A stretch of 56,782 nucleotides of DNA from Proteobacteria bacterium UBA1858 (GTDB lineage: Bacteria > Pseudomonadota > Gammaproteobacteria > UBA4575): positions 1-56,782 of the forward strand of contig DDIE01000011.1 in the NCBI GenBank assembly GCA_002338385.1, in the 5' to 3' direction. Position numbers and translations under genes: made by a program. Under the pieces are notes generated by a model. The model did not search any database, was not told the DNA's origin, and worked only from the letters and a program-made list of their open reading frames with translations. Every line of letters begins with the position of its first letter. Positions within the stretch are counted from its first letter, which is position 1. This document shows, in pieces, positions 47,576 to 56,782 of the stretch.

Positions 47576-49852
47576 ATGTGTATCAAAACCACAGCCATCA
47601 GCTTCCTGATTGGTGTGGTTGTTTTTCAATTCAATCAGGAACTACCACCCACGCAAATTTTCGTAGTACTACCGATAGCTCTTGTCTTATTTATTATTTA
47701 TCCACGACTGCGACCTGCACTGATAGCTGTATTGGGTTTTTACTGGGCGTATATTTTCGCTTTAATGCTCCTGCATCCACGTCTGGATGAGACTCTAGAC
47801 AACCAATTGATCTCGATCTCTGGCAACGTTATGCAAATCACACGGCAGCACCATGCATATCAACAGATCATCTTTGAAGTAGATCATTCATCCTCACTGC
47901 AGCGGTTACCAAATAAAGTGCAACTGGCGTGGTATCACGGTGACTCAGTCCTAAATCTACATAGCCACTGTCAATTGGTAGTCAGGCTGAAACATTTTTA
48001 TCGCTATGCTAATCCTGGTGTTTTTGATTATGAAAAGATGATGTTTGTACGGGGCATCAGAGCGCGCGGAACGATTAAGCACGCCAGATGTACCGTGGCA
48101 GACAACACTTTCAACTTACGGACACACTTAATTGAGCGCTTTGCAGTGCAGTATCAGCAGCTAGAGAGTTTTGGCTTAATTCAAGCACTCACCTATGGCG
48201 AGCGCAAGTATCTGAGTGCGCAACAGTGGGAGATCTTCAGGTTGACCGGTACGGCACATTTAATGGCCATATCAGGTCTGCATGTCAGCGTAATCAGCAT
48301 GTTTAGTTTTTTTCTGATACGTCAATTAGTCACGCAATCAGCTCGCCTATGTAATATTTTCCCAGCACATCATTATGCTGCGCTGGGCACGATACTGATA
48401 GCATTCTTTTATGCTTATCTGGCGGGCTATTCGCTCCCGACTCAAAGAGCATTAGTGATGGTATTGACCGTATTAGTGGCGACACTTTTGCATAAGCCCA
48501 GTATGAGTTTGAATGGCTTTGCCGTAGCGCTATTGTGTATTCTTATACTCTCGCCAGTTGCAGTGCTGACCGTCGGTTTCTGGTATTCGTTCATGTCGGT
48601 ACTATTTATATTCATTGCCCTGAAACTATTCTCTCAGGGCAATAAGGTAAAAAAATTCCTGCTTATTCAAATTTATCTCAGTGCTGCTTTATTACCTCTG
48701 AGTCTGTTGATATTTAAACAGGGTGCACTCATCTCACCATTGGCGAATCTGATTGCAATTCCTTTTGTCAGCATTATTATTTTGCCATTAAATTTATGCG
48801 CCCAGTTATTATTCATTCTAGATCTTGCGCTAGCGAGCTATGCCATCGACTTACTGAATGTTCTGCTCAATATAATGTTATCAATATTGGCCCATTTAGC
48901 TGGTGCGCAAATTAACACTATTGATTATCATGCCGGTCTTGTCGCAGTGGTGCTATGCCAGCTCGGATTATATTTCTTGATCCAAAAAAGAGGGTATCCT
49001 GGGCGTTATTTGGCAGCTGTATTGATTGCTGCGATAGTCTGTTTACGCACGGACGACTTACGTCAGCATGAACTCATGCTGACGGTATTAGATGTTGGGC
49101 AAGGCCTCAGCGTAGTGATCGAAACAGCCCAGCATGTATTGATCTATGACACGGGTATGAGCTCCGCTAGCGGGTTTAGTATCAGCGACAGCGTGCTAAA
49201 ACCATTTTTGGCACATCGTAATATCAAGCAGATAGACCGACTTATTATTAGCCATAATGACAATGATCATGCCGGTGGACTCCAGCAGTTACTGGCGAGT
49301 ACTCCAGTTAAACAGTTAATTTTGAGCGAACCTGTTGAGCATCATATCAACACACACTTGACCTATTGTCAGCGTGAGATGAGTTGGGTGTGGGGTCAGG
49401 TAAAATTCGATGTCCTCCATCCACCGCCAGCATGGCAATCAGACTCGAATAATCGATCCTGTGTGCTGAGAGTGACTCATCCTAATGGAAGTGTGTTGCT
49501 CACAGGCGATATTGAGCACCAGGTAGAGACTCTATTAGTTACCGCTTATGGCGAGCAATTAAGAAGTGATGTACTGATTGTGCCACATCATGGCAGTCGC
49601 TCTTCATCTAGTGTCGAATTTTTAAGCACAGTTCAGGCGACTTACGCGATTGTTTCGGCCGGTATTGCTAATCGTTACGGTCATCCACATCAACAAGTCA
49701 TGAACCGATATACAGATGCGGACACCCAAGTGTTGACCACAGCTCGCTCTGGTGCAATCCGGTTTAAGATTGATCACGCGGGTATACATGCATTACAGGC
49801 TTATGCAGACGCAAGTAAACGCTACTGGCACTCCGCTCGGAACACGTTATAA
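47576..49852 (+). CDS. comEC: DNA internalization-related competence protein ComEC/Rec2
   Basis: 758 aa with a polytopic competence domain and a C-terminal metallo-beta-lactamase domain ([11 protein letters not shown]). Confidence 0.92.
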   Translation: MCIKTTAISFLIGVVVFQFNQELPPTQIFVVLPIALVLFIIYPRLRPALIAVLGFYWAYIFALMLLHPRLDETLDNQLISISGNVMQITRQHHAYQQIIFEVDHSSSLQRLPNKVQLAWYHGDSVLNLHSHCQLVVRLKHFYRYANPGVFDYEKMMFVRGIRARGTIKHARCTVADNTFNLRTHLIERFAVQYQQLESFGLIQALTYGERKYLSAQQWEIFRLTGTAHLMAISGLHVSVISMFSFFLIRQLVTQSARLCNIFPAHHYAALGTILIAFFYAYLAGYSLPTQRALVMVLTVLVATLLHKPSMSLNGFAVALLCILILSPVAVLTVGFWYSFMSVLFIFIALKLFSQGNKVKKFLLIQIYLSAALLPLSLLIFKQGALISPLANLIAIPFVSIIILPLNLCAQLLFILDLALASYAIDLLNVLLNIMLSILAHLAGAQINTIDYHAGLVAVVLCQLGLYFLIQKRGYPGRYLAAVLIAAIVCLRTDDLRQHELMLTVLDVGQGLSVVIETAQHVLIYDTGMSSASGFSISDSVLKPFLAHRNIKQIDRLIISHNDNDHAGGLQQLLASTPVKQLILSEPVEHHINTHLTYCQREMSWVWGQVKFDVLHPPPAWQSDSNNRSCVLRVTHPNGSVLLTGDIEHQVETLLVTAYGEQLRSDVLIVPHHGSRSSSSVEFLSTVQATYAIVSAGIANRYGHPHQQVMNRYTDADTQVLTTARSGAIRFKIDHAGIHALQAYADASKRYWHSARNTL

Positions 49853-49886
49853 TTTAACCTCCCTAGGAGGCGTGACTGGAACTGCA

Positions 49887-50081
49887 ATGGATAAGAGTTT
49901 GCTTGATATACTGGCCTGTCCGGTAACTAAAGGCCAATTAATATACGATCAAGAAAAACAGGAGCTGATCTCATTATCAGCGCGCTTAGCTTATCCTATT
50001 CGTGAGGCTATCCCTGTCATGCTAGAGGACCAAGCCAGAGAGATATCCGAGGAAGAATACACCAGCTACAAAAACAAGTAA
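49887..50081 (+). CDS. ycaR: Trm112-family protein (YcaR-like)
   Basis: Internal ATG 49887 ([21 protein letters not shown]...[17 protein letters not shown]). 64 aa. Directly upstream of kdsB, as in E. coli. Confidence 0.85.
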   Translation: MDKSLLDILACPVTKGQLIYDQEKQELISLSARLAYPIREAIPVMLEDQAREISEEEYTSYKNK

Positions 50082-50085
50082 TAGC

Positions 50086-50835
50086 ATGAGTATTTCTTTC
50101 CGCGTACTTATTCCAGCACGTTATCAGGCAACACGTTTGCCCGGTAAACCGCTCCTGAAATTTCAGAATAAAACTATAATTGAGCATGTTTATCAGCAAG
50201 CCTGCGCAAGCCAGGCCTGTTCGGTGCATATTGCAACCGATGATGAACGTATTGCTGAGGTGGCGAAGAAATTCGGTGCACAGGTATGTATGACCCACTC
50301 TAATCATCGTTCAGGTACAGATCGTATTGCTCAGGCCGTGACGGAAATCGGTTGCGATGATGATGAGATTATTGTCAATTTACAGGGTGATGAGCCGCAA
50401 ATGCCGGCGGCCAATGTCAGGCAAGTGGCCGAATTACTGGCGGTCAATGAGCAGGCAGCCATTGCTACGCTGTATACCAGAATAACTGATCAACATGACT
50501 ACTCTGATCCTGATGTAGTTAAATTAGTCACCACAAATAATCAACAGGCTTTATATTTTAGTCGCGCCAGTATTCCTTTTGTGCGCGATGAGGTGCTGAC
50601 TGAACGCACCAACTATCCGCTGTTCCGACACGTGGGTTTATATGCTTATCGTGCAGGATACTTAAAAAAATTCGTCAGCTATCAACCCACTGCGCTAGAG
50701 AAGCTGGAGCGTTTAGAGCAATTGCGTGCACTTGAGAATGGTGACCAGATTATTACTGATCAATGTGTAGCGCAGCCAGGGATTGGTGTCGACACGCATA
50801 GTGATTTCTCTAGGCTACTGGTCAGCAAGCACTAA
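50086..50835 (+). CDS. kdsB: 3-deoxy-manno-octulosonate cytidylyltransferase
   Basis: 249 aa with motifs IPARYQATRLPGKPL and NLQGDEP. Confidence 0.95.
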   Translation: MSISFRVLIPARYQATRLPGKPLLKFQNKTIIEHVYQQACASQACSVHIATDDERIAEVAKKFGAQVCMTHSNHRSGTDRIAQAVTEIGCDDDEIIVNLQGDEPQMPAANVRQVAELLAVNEQAAIATLYTRITDQHDYSDPDVVKLVTTNNQQALYFSRASIPFVRDEVLTERTNYPLFRHVGLYAYRAGYLKKFVSYQPTALEKLERLEQLRALENGDQIITDQCVAQPGIGVDTHSDFSRLLVSKH

Positions 50836-50846
50836 TCTTTTGTGCT

Positions 50847-52115
50847 CTAAAAGAAACTCTCAAACGGCCAGATCTCAACCGTATCGCCTTGTTCCGTACC
50901 TCCGCTCTCCATGGGCAAATAAATAAAGCAGTTTGCTTCAGACATGGAGCGCAGAATGCCGGAGCCTTGAGCACCTGTTTTGCTCACCTGTAATTCGCCT
51001 TGCGCATTGATTTCATAATAGCCACGCTGATATTCAACACGTCCAGGTCGTTTGCGCAGTTTTGATAATGATTTCGCCTGCATGCGCAGACGTTGGCGCG
51101 GATTGCGCCCCATCATTTTTTCCAGCGCAGCCTGAACAAAGATATAAAATGTCACCATCACGGAAACCGGGTTGCCAGGCAGGCCGAAAAAGAACGCCTT
51201 GTTGATTTGACCAAATGCGAGAGGCCGGCCAGGTTTCATCGCGACCTTCCAAAAATTAACGTGGCCAAGTTTTTCCAGAGTACTCTTAACATAGTCAGCA
51301 TCACCCACGGAGACACCCCCTGAAGTAATCACAACATCAGCACTTTGTGAGGCATCCATGAAAGCCTGTTCGACGGCCTCAGGCGTATCTCTGACTACGC
51401 CAAGATCAATAATTTCGACCCCCATAGCGCTGAGCATGCTCCACAGCGTATAGCGATTACTGTCGAAAATCTGCCCCTTTTTGGGTTGTGAACCGATTGA
51501 GACCAGCTCATCACCAGTAGAAAAGAAGGCAACTTTCAATTTGCGTTTAACCACGACCTCGGCCACACCCAACGAGGCAATCAGGCCAATGTCAGCAGGC
51601 TGTAAGTAATGATTGGCGGTGAACACAGGATCACCTATAGCAATATCCTCACCTGCTTGGCGAACGTTTTGGCCTTGCTTTTGTTTATCATCAATCGTAA
51701 TTAATGTGTCGCTAACCCGCACATGCTCTTGCATAACAACGCTATCGGTATTGTCTGGCATCACTGCGCCAGTCATGATACGCACACATTGATGTGTGGC
51801 TACCGTTCCGGTAAAAGGGCGGCCTGCCCAAGCAGTCCCGACCAGTTCAAAGTCTTGCTGACCGGATTGTGGTATCTGTTGACCATTGATGGCATAGCCA
51901 TCCATAGCTGAGTTGGTGTGACTGGGCACATTCAAATTGGCCGTTATTGGCTTGGCCAGTACTCTATGGAGCGCTTGTCTGATGGCTACAGTTTCGGTGG
52001 CGCTAATAGCATGCACGCTGGCAAGTATGTGTTGTTGCGCCATATTGGCGTCCATGGAGTTAGGGTCATAATCATCCATACAACTTGGATCATACTGGAT
52101 CGGTTTATCAGTCAT
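50847..52115 (-). CDS. moeA: Molybdopterin molybdenumtransferase
   Basis: 422 aa with the MoeA four-domain pattern (SGGVSVGDADY, GLPGNPVS). Confidence 0.93.
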   Translation of the reverse strand: MTDKPIQYDPSCMDDYDPNSMDANMAQQHILASVHAISATETVAIRQALHRVLAKPITANLNVPSHTNSAMDGYAINGQQIPQSGQQDFELVGTAWAGRPFTGTVATHQCVRIMTGAVMPDNTDSVVMQEHVRVSDTLITIDDKQKQGQNVRQAGEDIAIGDPVFTANHYLQPADIGLIASLGVAEVVVKRKLKVAFFSTGDELVSIGSQPKKGQIFDSNRYTLWSMLSAMGVEIIDLGVVRDTPEAVEQAFMDASQSADVVITSGGVSVGDADYVKSTLEKLGHVNFWKVAMKPGRPLAFGQINKAFFFGLPGNPVSVMVTFYIFVQAALEKMMGRNPRQRLRMQAKSLSKLRKRPGRVEYQRGYYEINAQGELQVSKTGAQGSGILRSMSEANCFIYLPMESGGTEQGDTVEIWPFESFF

Positions 52116-52159
52116 GGTAACTTGTGTTGTTATTATTAAGGAACTGACGCATAGCAGGC

Positions 52160-52699
52160 TCAGGCCAGTTTGATTAACACATACACTGCCCCGGTCCCTC
52201 CGTCGGCGGGGCGGGCAGAGCAGAAGGCTAATATCTCACTCCGTTTTCTTAACCAGCTATTCACCAGCGGTTTAATGACAGGCCCCTGATTGCTAGAGCC
52301 ATAGCCTTTACCGTGAATAATTCGCACGCAGCGCACGCCTCGCTGGCGCGCCTCAGCGACAAACTGGTTGAGCTGCTGTTGTGCTTCAATGCGGGTCAAG
52401 CCATGCAGATCACATTCTGCCTCAACCCGATATTGGCCACGCTTAAGTTTTTTGAATGCTTTCGCCTGTAAACCGTCCTGCGCATAGGACAACACATCAC
52501 CTGCTTGCATATCCTCATGTTCGATTGAGCTGATAAACAGCTCTTCCATCACACGTTGCTCATCCAACTTTGCTTGTTTTGGGACTGGGCGCGGTTTAGG
52601 CTGATTATGGACGACGCGATCAGTGGTCATGGTTTTAACACCACCAAGGAGACGTGCGAACTCAGACTTATCTGAATTGTGGTTGTTTTCGTCGTTCAT
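52160..52699 (-). CDS. smrA: Smr-domain endonuclease (SmrA/YdaL-like)
   Basis: 179 aa with a C-terminal Smr domain (DLHGLTRIEA...VRIIHGKGYGS). Confidence 0.8.
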   Translation of the reverse strand: MNDENNHNSDKSEFARLLGGVKTMTTDRVVHNQPKPRPVPKQAKLDEQRVMEELFISSIEHEDMQAGDVLSYAQDGLQAKAFKKLKRGQYRVEAECDLHGLTRIEAQQQLNQFVAEARQRGVRCVRIIHGKGYGSSNQGPVIKPLVNSWLRKRSEILAFCSARPADGGTGAVYVLIKLA

Positions 52700-52702
52700 A
52701 TA

Positions 52703-52900
52703 CTAGTGACCCCAAACTTCAAGATCAGCATTATAGACCAGTTTGCAAGGACTCAATGCTGATTTTCGCTCAACAAGCACTTGTTTAAACGATATATAAC
52801 GTTGAGCGCCACCAAATTCTGGAGGCATCCACTCTGCGCTCAGATCAGTTGCCCAGAGCGGATAATTTATTGCTGTACCTTGCCCGATGGCTGCTATCAT
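52703..52900 (-). CDS. Hypothetical 65-aa protein (no family recognised)
   Basis: ATG 52900 (MIAAIGQGTAINYPLWATDLSAEWMPPEFGG...). Stop lies 3 nt before the smr start. The longer 98-aa ORF would overlap the surE start on the opposite strand. Confidence 0.3.
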   Translation of the reverse strand: MIAAIGQGTAINYPLWATDLSAEWMPPEFGGAQRYISFKQVLVERKSALSPCKLVYNADLEVWGH

Positions 52901-52948
52901 AGTGTGCTCACAGATCCTGGAATGTTCACTTTTTAGACAGATAAGTTT

Positions 52949-53710
52949 ATGCACTTGCTGATTAGTAATGATGACGGCTACCAAGCGCCTGGTATTCAAT
53001 GTCTAGCCGAAGCGCTCGCGAAAATTGCCACTATCACGGTTGTTGCCCCGCATTTTGATCGCAGTGGTGCCAGTAATTCACTCACCCTGCAGACTCCAAT
53101 TCGTGCCACTGAAGTGCGCCCTGGCTGGTACCGAGTGGATGGCACACCGACTGATTGTGTCCATCTCGGGGTGACAGGCTTGCTTCAGCAAGAGCCGGAT
53201 ATGGTGGTGTCTGGCATCAATGCCGGCGCTAACCTGGGTGATGATGTCATCTATTCTGGCACCGTGGCAGCCGCCATGGAGGGACGCCATTTAGGTGCGC
53301 CAGCGATAGCCGTATCAATTAATTCATTTCATCCACAGCACTTTGCGACCGCAGCACATGTGGCCACCCATTTTGTCCAACAGTTGATCCAGAAGCCCTT
53401 GGCGAACGATACAATTCTGAATATCAATGTCCCAGATATCCCCTTAAGTGCACTCGCGGGCGTTAAAACGACTCGCCTAGGCAATCGGCATAAGGCTGAA
53501 CCAGCCATCCAACAACAGGATCCTAGAGGTCGACCGGTGTACTGGGTGGGGGCGGCCGGGCCGGAACAGGATGCAGGTCCTGGAACCGACTTTCATGCCG
53601 TCAATAACAATTTTGTCTCAGTAACACCATTGCATGTTGATTTAACTCAATATTCCGCCATGGATGGCATTAATGAGTGGTTAATGGGAACTGAGCTTGG
53701 GCATGAATAA
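52949..53710 (+). CDS. surE: 5'/3'-nucleotidase SurE
   Basis: 253 aa with N-terminal [16 protein letters not shown] and [21 protein letters not shown]. Confidence 0.96.
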   Translation: MHLLISNDDGYQAPGIQCLAEALAKIATITVVAPHFDRSGASNSLTLQTPIRATEVRPGWYRVDGTPTDCVHLGVTGLLQQEPDMVVSGINAGANLGDDVIYSGTVAAAMEGRHLGAPAIAVSINSFHPQHFATAAHVATHFVQQLIQKPLANDTILNINVPDIPLSALAGVKTTRLGNRHKAEPAIQQQDPRGRPVYWVGAAGPEQDAGPGTDFHAVNNNFVSVTPLHVDLTQYSAMDGINEWLMGTELGHE

Positions 53711-53729
53711 ACACACTCAGGGTATCGGG

Positions 53730-54359
53730 ATGACTTCCCAGCGTACGCGTGATCGCCTGATCGAAAGACTGCGACACAAGGGTATCCAGAACCATGACGT
53801 CCTGGAAGCGATGCGCCTATTGCCACGTCATTTATTCGTAGATGAAGCATTGGCGTCCAGAGCCTATGAGGATGATGCTTTACCGATAGGTCATAAACAG
53901 ACCATCTCCCAACCCTATATTGTGGCGCGCATGACTGAGGCGCTGCTGGCTGGGGATGCACCCAAAAAAGTATTAGAAATTGGTACCGGGAGTGGCTATC
54001 AGGCTGCGCTGTTGGCGCAGTTAGTCGAACAGGTCTATACCTTAGAGCGCATAAAACCCCTCTACCTGCAGACAAAAAAACGCCTAGCGAGTCTGAATCT
54101 GCGTAATGTGCGCTGTAAATTGTCAGATGGTACTTGGGGCTGGGAAGGTTACGCACCCTATGATGCAATAATTGTGACGTGTGCGGCACCCGAGATCCCC
54201 ACCTCATTGATTGAACAATTGACGCTAGGTGGATGCCTGATTATACCTGTCGGTGCAGCTGACGCCGCACAACAACTACTCACTCTAAAAAGAACTCAAC
54301 AAGGTGTGACCAAGGAGAAGCTAGAAGATGTTCTGTTTGTGCCGCTGGTTAGAGACTAA
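53730..54359 (+). CDS. pcm: Protein-L-isoaspartate O-methyltransferase
   Basis: Start chosen at ATG 53730 (MTSQRTRDRLIERL...), by analogy with Pseudomonas Pcm. ATGs at 53697 and 53703 are alternatives. SAM motif VLEIGTGSGYQAA. Confidence 0.92.
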   Translation: MTSQRTRDRLIERLRHKGIQNHDVLEAMRLLPRHLFVDEALASRAYEDDALPIGHKQTISQPYIVARMTEALLAGDAPKKVLEIGTGSGYQAALLAQLVEQVYTLERIKPLYLQTKKRLASLNLRNVRCKLSDGTWGWEGYAPYDAIIVTCAAPEIPTSLIEQLTLGGCLIIPVGAADAAQQLLTLKRTQQGVTKEKLEDVLFVPLVRD

Positions 54360-54370
54360 AATCTAGACTG

Positions 54371-54952
54371 ATGCGTCTATTCGCTAAGCTTTACCAACAA
54401 TGTATGCACGCGGCAGCACATCAGCATGCGCCCAAAGCGCTATGTGCGCTGAGTTTTGCCGAATCATCTTTTTTCCCAATACCTCCAGATGTAATGTTGG
54501 CGCCGATGGCATTGCGCAGCCCGCAACGAGCCTTATGGTATGCTTTTCTGTGCACATTATTTTCTGTTCTGGGTGGCGTGCTGGGTTATTTAATCGGTTT
54601 CTACGCATTTGATTTGATTGCCGAATTATTACAGACCACACGCTATTGGCAAGCCTATTTAGAAACCAGGGGATGGTTTCAAAAATGGGGTGTATGGTTG
54701 GTATTTGTGGCTGGATTTTCGCCGATTCCTTATAAGCTTTTCACCATCACTGCAGGGGTCATGGCTCAGCCTCTGCTGGTATTTGTGCTGGTGTCATTTA
54801 TTGGGCGCGGAGCAAGATTTTTTTTGCTGGCCGGCCTACTGAAGACTCTCGGGGCACGCATAGAACCATTACTGGCGCGTTACATTGAATGGTTAGGCTG
54901 GTTATTTGTGTGCGTACTGACACTCGCCTTGATTATAATGTCATCACACTAG
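54371..54952 (+). CDS. yqaA: YqaA-family (DedA/SNARE-associated type) membrane protein
   Basis: 193 aa with multiple TM helices. Motifs ESSFFPIPPDVML and FSPIPYKLFTITAG. Confidence 0.8.
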   Translation: MRLFAKLYQQCMHAAAHQHAPKALCALSFAESSFFPIPPDVMLAPMALRSPQRALWYAFLCTLFSVLGGVLGYLIGFYAFDLIAELLQTTRYWQAYLETRGWFQKWGVWLVFVAGFSPIPYKLFTITAGVMAQPLLVFVLVSFIGRGARFFLLAGLLKTLGARIEPLLARYIEWLGWLFVCVLTLALIIMSSH

Positions 54953-54967
54953 CTAAACCCGTTGTCG

Positions 54968-55660
54968 ATGAATTATTACCGTTGTCTGACCATCGTTTTT
55001 AAAACTGCTTTGATTGTTGGCATGAGCATCATGTTGGGCTTTGGCTGCGCGACTAAAGGCAAAGCGCCGCGCTACTACCACCACAGCTACCATACCGTCT
55101 CTAAGGGTGAAACTTTGTATTCCATCAGTTTTAAATATGGTGTGTCACTCAAGCAATTAGCGTATTGGAACAATATCTCCGAGCCTTATGTGATTTATCC
55201 GGGACAGAAGTTGCGCCTCAATAGCTCTGCTCGAGCCAAAAACACAACCACTACCAAAGAAAAGTCCGCGCCAAGAAAAACCACCTCAGCTGCGGCTAAA
55301 CCGATTGGTCAATGGCAATGGCCAGTGCAGGGTAAAGTGATCAGAGGCTTTTCCAAGGACAACAATGGCATCGATATTGTGGCCCCTGAAGGGACGCTGG
55401 TCACCGCGGCCGCTTCTGGCAAGATAGTGTATGCCGGCGACAGTCTGCGTGGCTATGGCAATCTGATTATCATCAAACACAATAGCAGCTACTTTAGCGC
55501 TTATGCGCACAATAAAAAGTTACTCGTGAAAGAGGAGGATACTATTGCTATCGGACAAGGTATCGCTCAGGTCGGTCGCACGGGCGCTGATCGGGTCATG
55601 TTGCATTTTGAAATTCGTCGCGATGGCAACCCTGTGGACCCGCAAAAATATCTGCCCTGA
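54968..55660 (+). CDS. nlpD: LysM / M23 peptidase-domain lipoprotein NlpD
   Basis: 230 aa from ATG 54968 (the ORF-track start at 54962 is a TTG). Lipobox-like LGFGC, LysM (YHTVSKGETLYSISFKYGV) and an M23 domain (GIDIVAPEGT...HLHFEIR-like MLHFEIR). Confidence 0.9.
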   Translation: MNYYRCLTIVFKTALIVGMSIMLGFGCATKGKAPRYYHHSYHTVSKGETLYSISFKYGVSLKQLAYWNNISEPYVIYPGQKLRLNSSARAKNTTTTKEKSAPRKTTSAAAKPIGQWQWPVQGKVIRGFSKDNNGIDIVAPEGTLVTAAASGKIVYAGDSLRGYGNLIIIKHNSSYFSAYAHNKKLLVKEEDTIAIGQGIAQVGRTGADRVMLHFEIRRDGNPVDPQKYLP

Positions 55661-55799
55661 GACAAGCTTAGCGCAAATTATTAAAGAATTTTCTTCAATT
55701 TGGTGGTTACCCATTGGCGGCACTCCTGTAAAATACCCCGCTGGATCATGATCAATCGAATAATAACTCTTAGATAGGATAGCCACAGCGCCAGCCAGC

Positions 55800-56782
55800 A
55801 TGGAAGAATTCTCCCGCATTAAAAGACTACCACCGTATGTTTTCAACATTGTCAATCAGCGCAAAGCGATATTTCGTGCAGCTGGGGAGGATATTGTCGA
55901 CTTTGGTATGGGCAACCCTGATCAGCCAGCGCCGCAACACATTATCGATAAGCTGGTGGAGGCAGCTCAACGTGAGGACACCCATCGCTATTCGCTGTCC
56001 AAAGGTATTCCGCGACTGCGACGTTCGATTTGTAACTGGTATCAACGTAAATTCAATGTTGAACTGGATCCGGAAGAAGAGGCTATTGTCACAATTGGCT
56101 CGAAAGAGGGCTTAGCTCATCTGGCACTCGCCATGTTAGGTCCAGGTGATGCTGTCTTGGTGCCAAACCCAGCCTACCCAATTCACCCCTACGGCTGTGT
56201 CATAGCGGGCGCCGAGGTTATTTATGTGCCTGTCGGTGAGGACATCGATTTTTTCGCTGAACTGGAAAAAGCTATTCGTGATACTTGGCCTAAGCCAAAA
56301 CTCATTATCCTTAATTTTCCAGCCAACCCTACTGCACAATGTGTCGATCTGGAATTCTTTGAGCGGGTAGTGGCGATTGCCAGAGAACACAATATTTATG
56401 TTATCAATGATATCGCATATGCGGAAATCACCTTCGATGGATATCAACCACCCTCAATCTTACAGGTTGCAGGCGCCCAAGATATCGCGGCTGAATTTTA
56501 CTCGCTATCTAAAACCTACAACATGCCTGGTTGGCGAGTAGGCTTCATGTGTGGCAATAAAACGCTGGTGAGCGCTTTGGCAAAGCTTAAATCTTATCTC
56601 GATTATGGTATGTTCACGCCCATTCAGGTGGCGGCAATTGCCGCCTTAGATGGACCGCAAGATTGCGTTGAAGATATCCGCGCAATGTATCGCTCGCGAC
56701 GTGATGTATTAATTGAGGGCTTGAATAGCCTGGGGTGGGAAGTCACGCCGCCAAAAGCAACTATGTTTGTTTGGGCTAAAAT
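55800..56782 (+). CDS. alaC: Glutamate-pyruvate aminotransferase AlaC-like (class I PLP aminotransferase), 5' part; runs off the right edge
   Basis: ATG 55800 opens a frame with no stop through 56782, which is why the ORF track lacks it. Product [22 protein letters not shown]...GMGNPDQP...[11 protein letters not shown]...[11 protein letters not shown]...[16 protein letters not shown] is collinear with E. coli AlaC/YfdZ. Confidence 0.9.
   Translation, partial: MEEFSRIKRLPPYVFNIVNQRKAIFRAAGEDIVDFGMGNPDQPAPQHIIDKLVEAAQREDTHRYSLSKGIPRLRRSICNWYQRKFNVELDPEEEAIVTIGSKEGLAHLALAMLGPGDAVLVPNPAYPIHPYGCVIAGAEVIYVPVGEDIDFFAELEKAIRDTWPKPKLIILNFPANPTAQCVDLEFFERVVAIAREHNIYVINDIAYAEITFDGYQPPSILQVAGAQDIAAEFYSLSKTYNMPGWRVGFMCGNKTLVSALAKLKSYLDYGMFTPIQVAAIAALDGPQDCVEDIRAMYRSRRDVLIEGLNSLGWEVTPPKATMFVWAK

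Noticed and set aside
53647-54207. 186-aa minus-strand ORF antisense to pcm
   Set aside because: It lies almost entirely within the well-supported pcm gene. It has Arg/His/Pro-rich low-complexity composition and no RBS or recognisable domain. This is a typical antisense shadow ORF.
55520-55855. 111-aa minus-strand ORF bridging the nlpD 3' end, the spacer and the alaC start
   Set aside because: It overlaps two confidently called genes on the opposite strand. I recognise no motif and see no convincing RBS. It is probably an artefact of the AT-rich spacer lacking stops.
56136-56447. 103-aa minus-strand ORF near the right edge (the only track ORF in that area)
   Set aside because: The plus strand here carries an open, AlaC-collinear frame from 55800 to the window end. 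The minus ORF is its antisense shadow.

Overview
This 56.8-kb window reads as densely packed, conserved chromosomal backbone of a gammaproteobacterium. I call about 63 protein genes; two of them run off the window edges and are absent from the ORF track (nqrA 3' end, alaC 5' part). I found no rRNA, tRNA, CRISPR array, IS element, integrase or phage genes.

Gene blocks in order:
- Na+-NQR (nqrA'-BCDEF-nqrM)
- a stand-alone CBS protein and an EAL-CBS-GGDDF protein
- three archaeal-type C1-cofactor genes on the minus strand (MfnB-like, DUF447, DHPS-like)
- recJ-prfB-lysS-tag, with the classic prfB +1 frameshift
- ygfZ divergent from sdhCDAB-sdhE-ygfX-DUF1249
- a Cys-less Rrf2 regulator and an alpha/beta hydrolase
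- mdh, zapE
- nagZ, an MscS-family channel, hpt, an MTAP-family phosphorylase, csiV, mfd
- a NapC/NirT tetrahaem cytochrome plus flavocytochrome c sulfide dehydrogenase (fccAB), divergent from a complete ccmABCDEFGHI operon
- an orphan TupA-like binding protein
- aguBA
- lolC/F-lolD
- comEC-ycaR-kdsB
- moeA, smr
- surE-pcm-yqaA-nlpD, then alaC

Many neighbouring genes overlap by 4 nt (ATGA) or 8 nt, which suggests translational coupling.

Na+-NQR, methanopterin/methylofuran-type genes, a single Lol permease and AT-leaning composition (judged by eye, not computed) suggest a marine methylotroph of the Methylophaga/Thiotrichales type. That is inference only.

I do not see a convincing self-contained novel system such as a defence island or mobile element. 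The items most worth a second look are:
- an orphan intrinsic terminator implying an unannotated small transcript between zapE and nagZ
- the fusion of ygfZ, sdhCDAB, sdhE/ygfX (CptBA-like) and DUF1249 into one locus
- the NapC/NirT-FccAB module
- the CBS plus EAL-CBS-GGDDF pair attached to the nqr operon
- a Cys-less Rrf2 regulator with a promoter palindrome
- a 53-aa membrane ORF coupled to ygfZ
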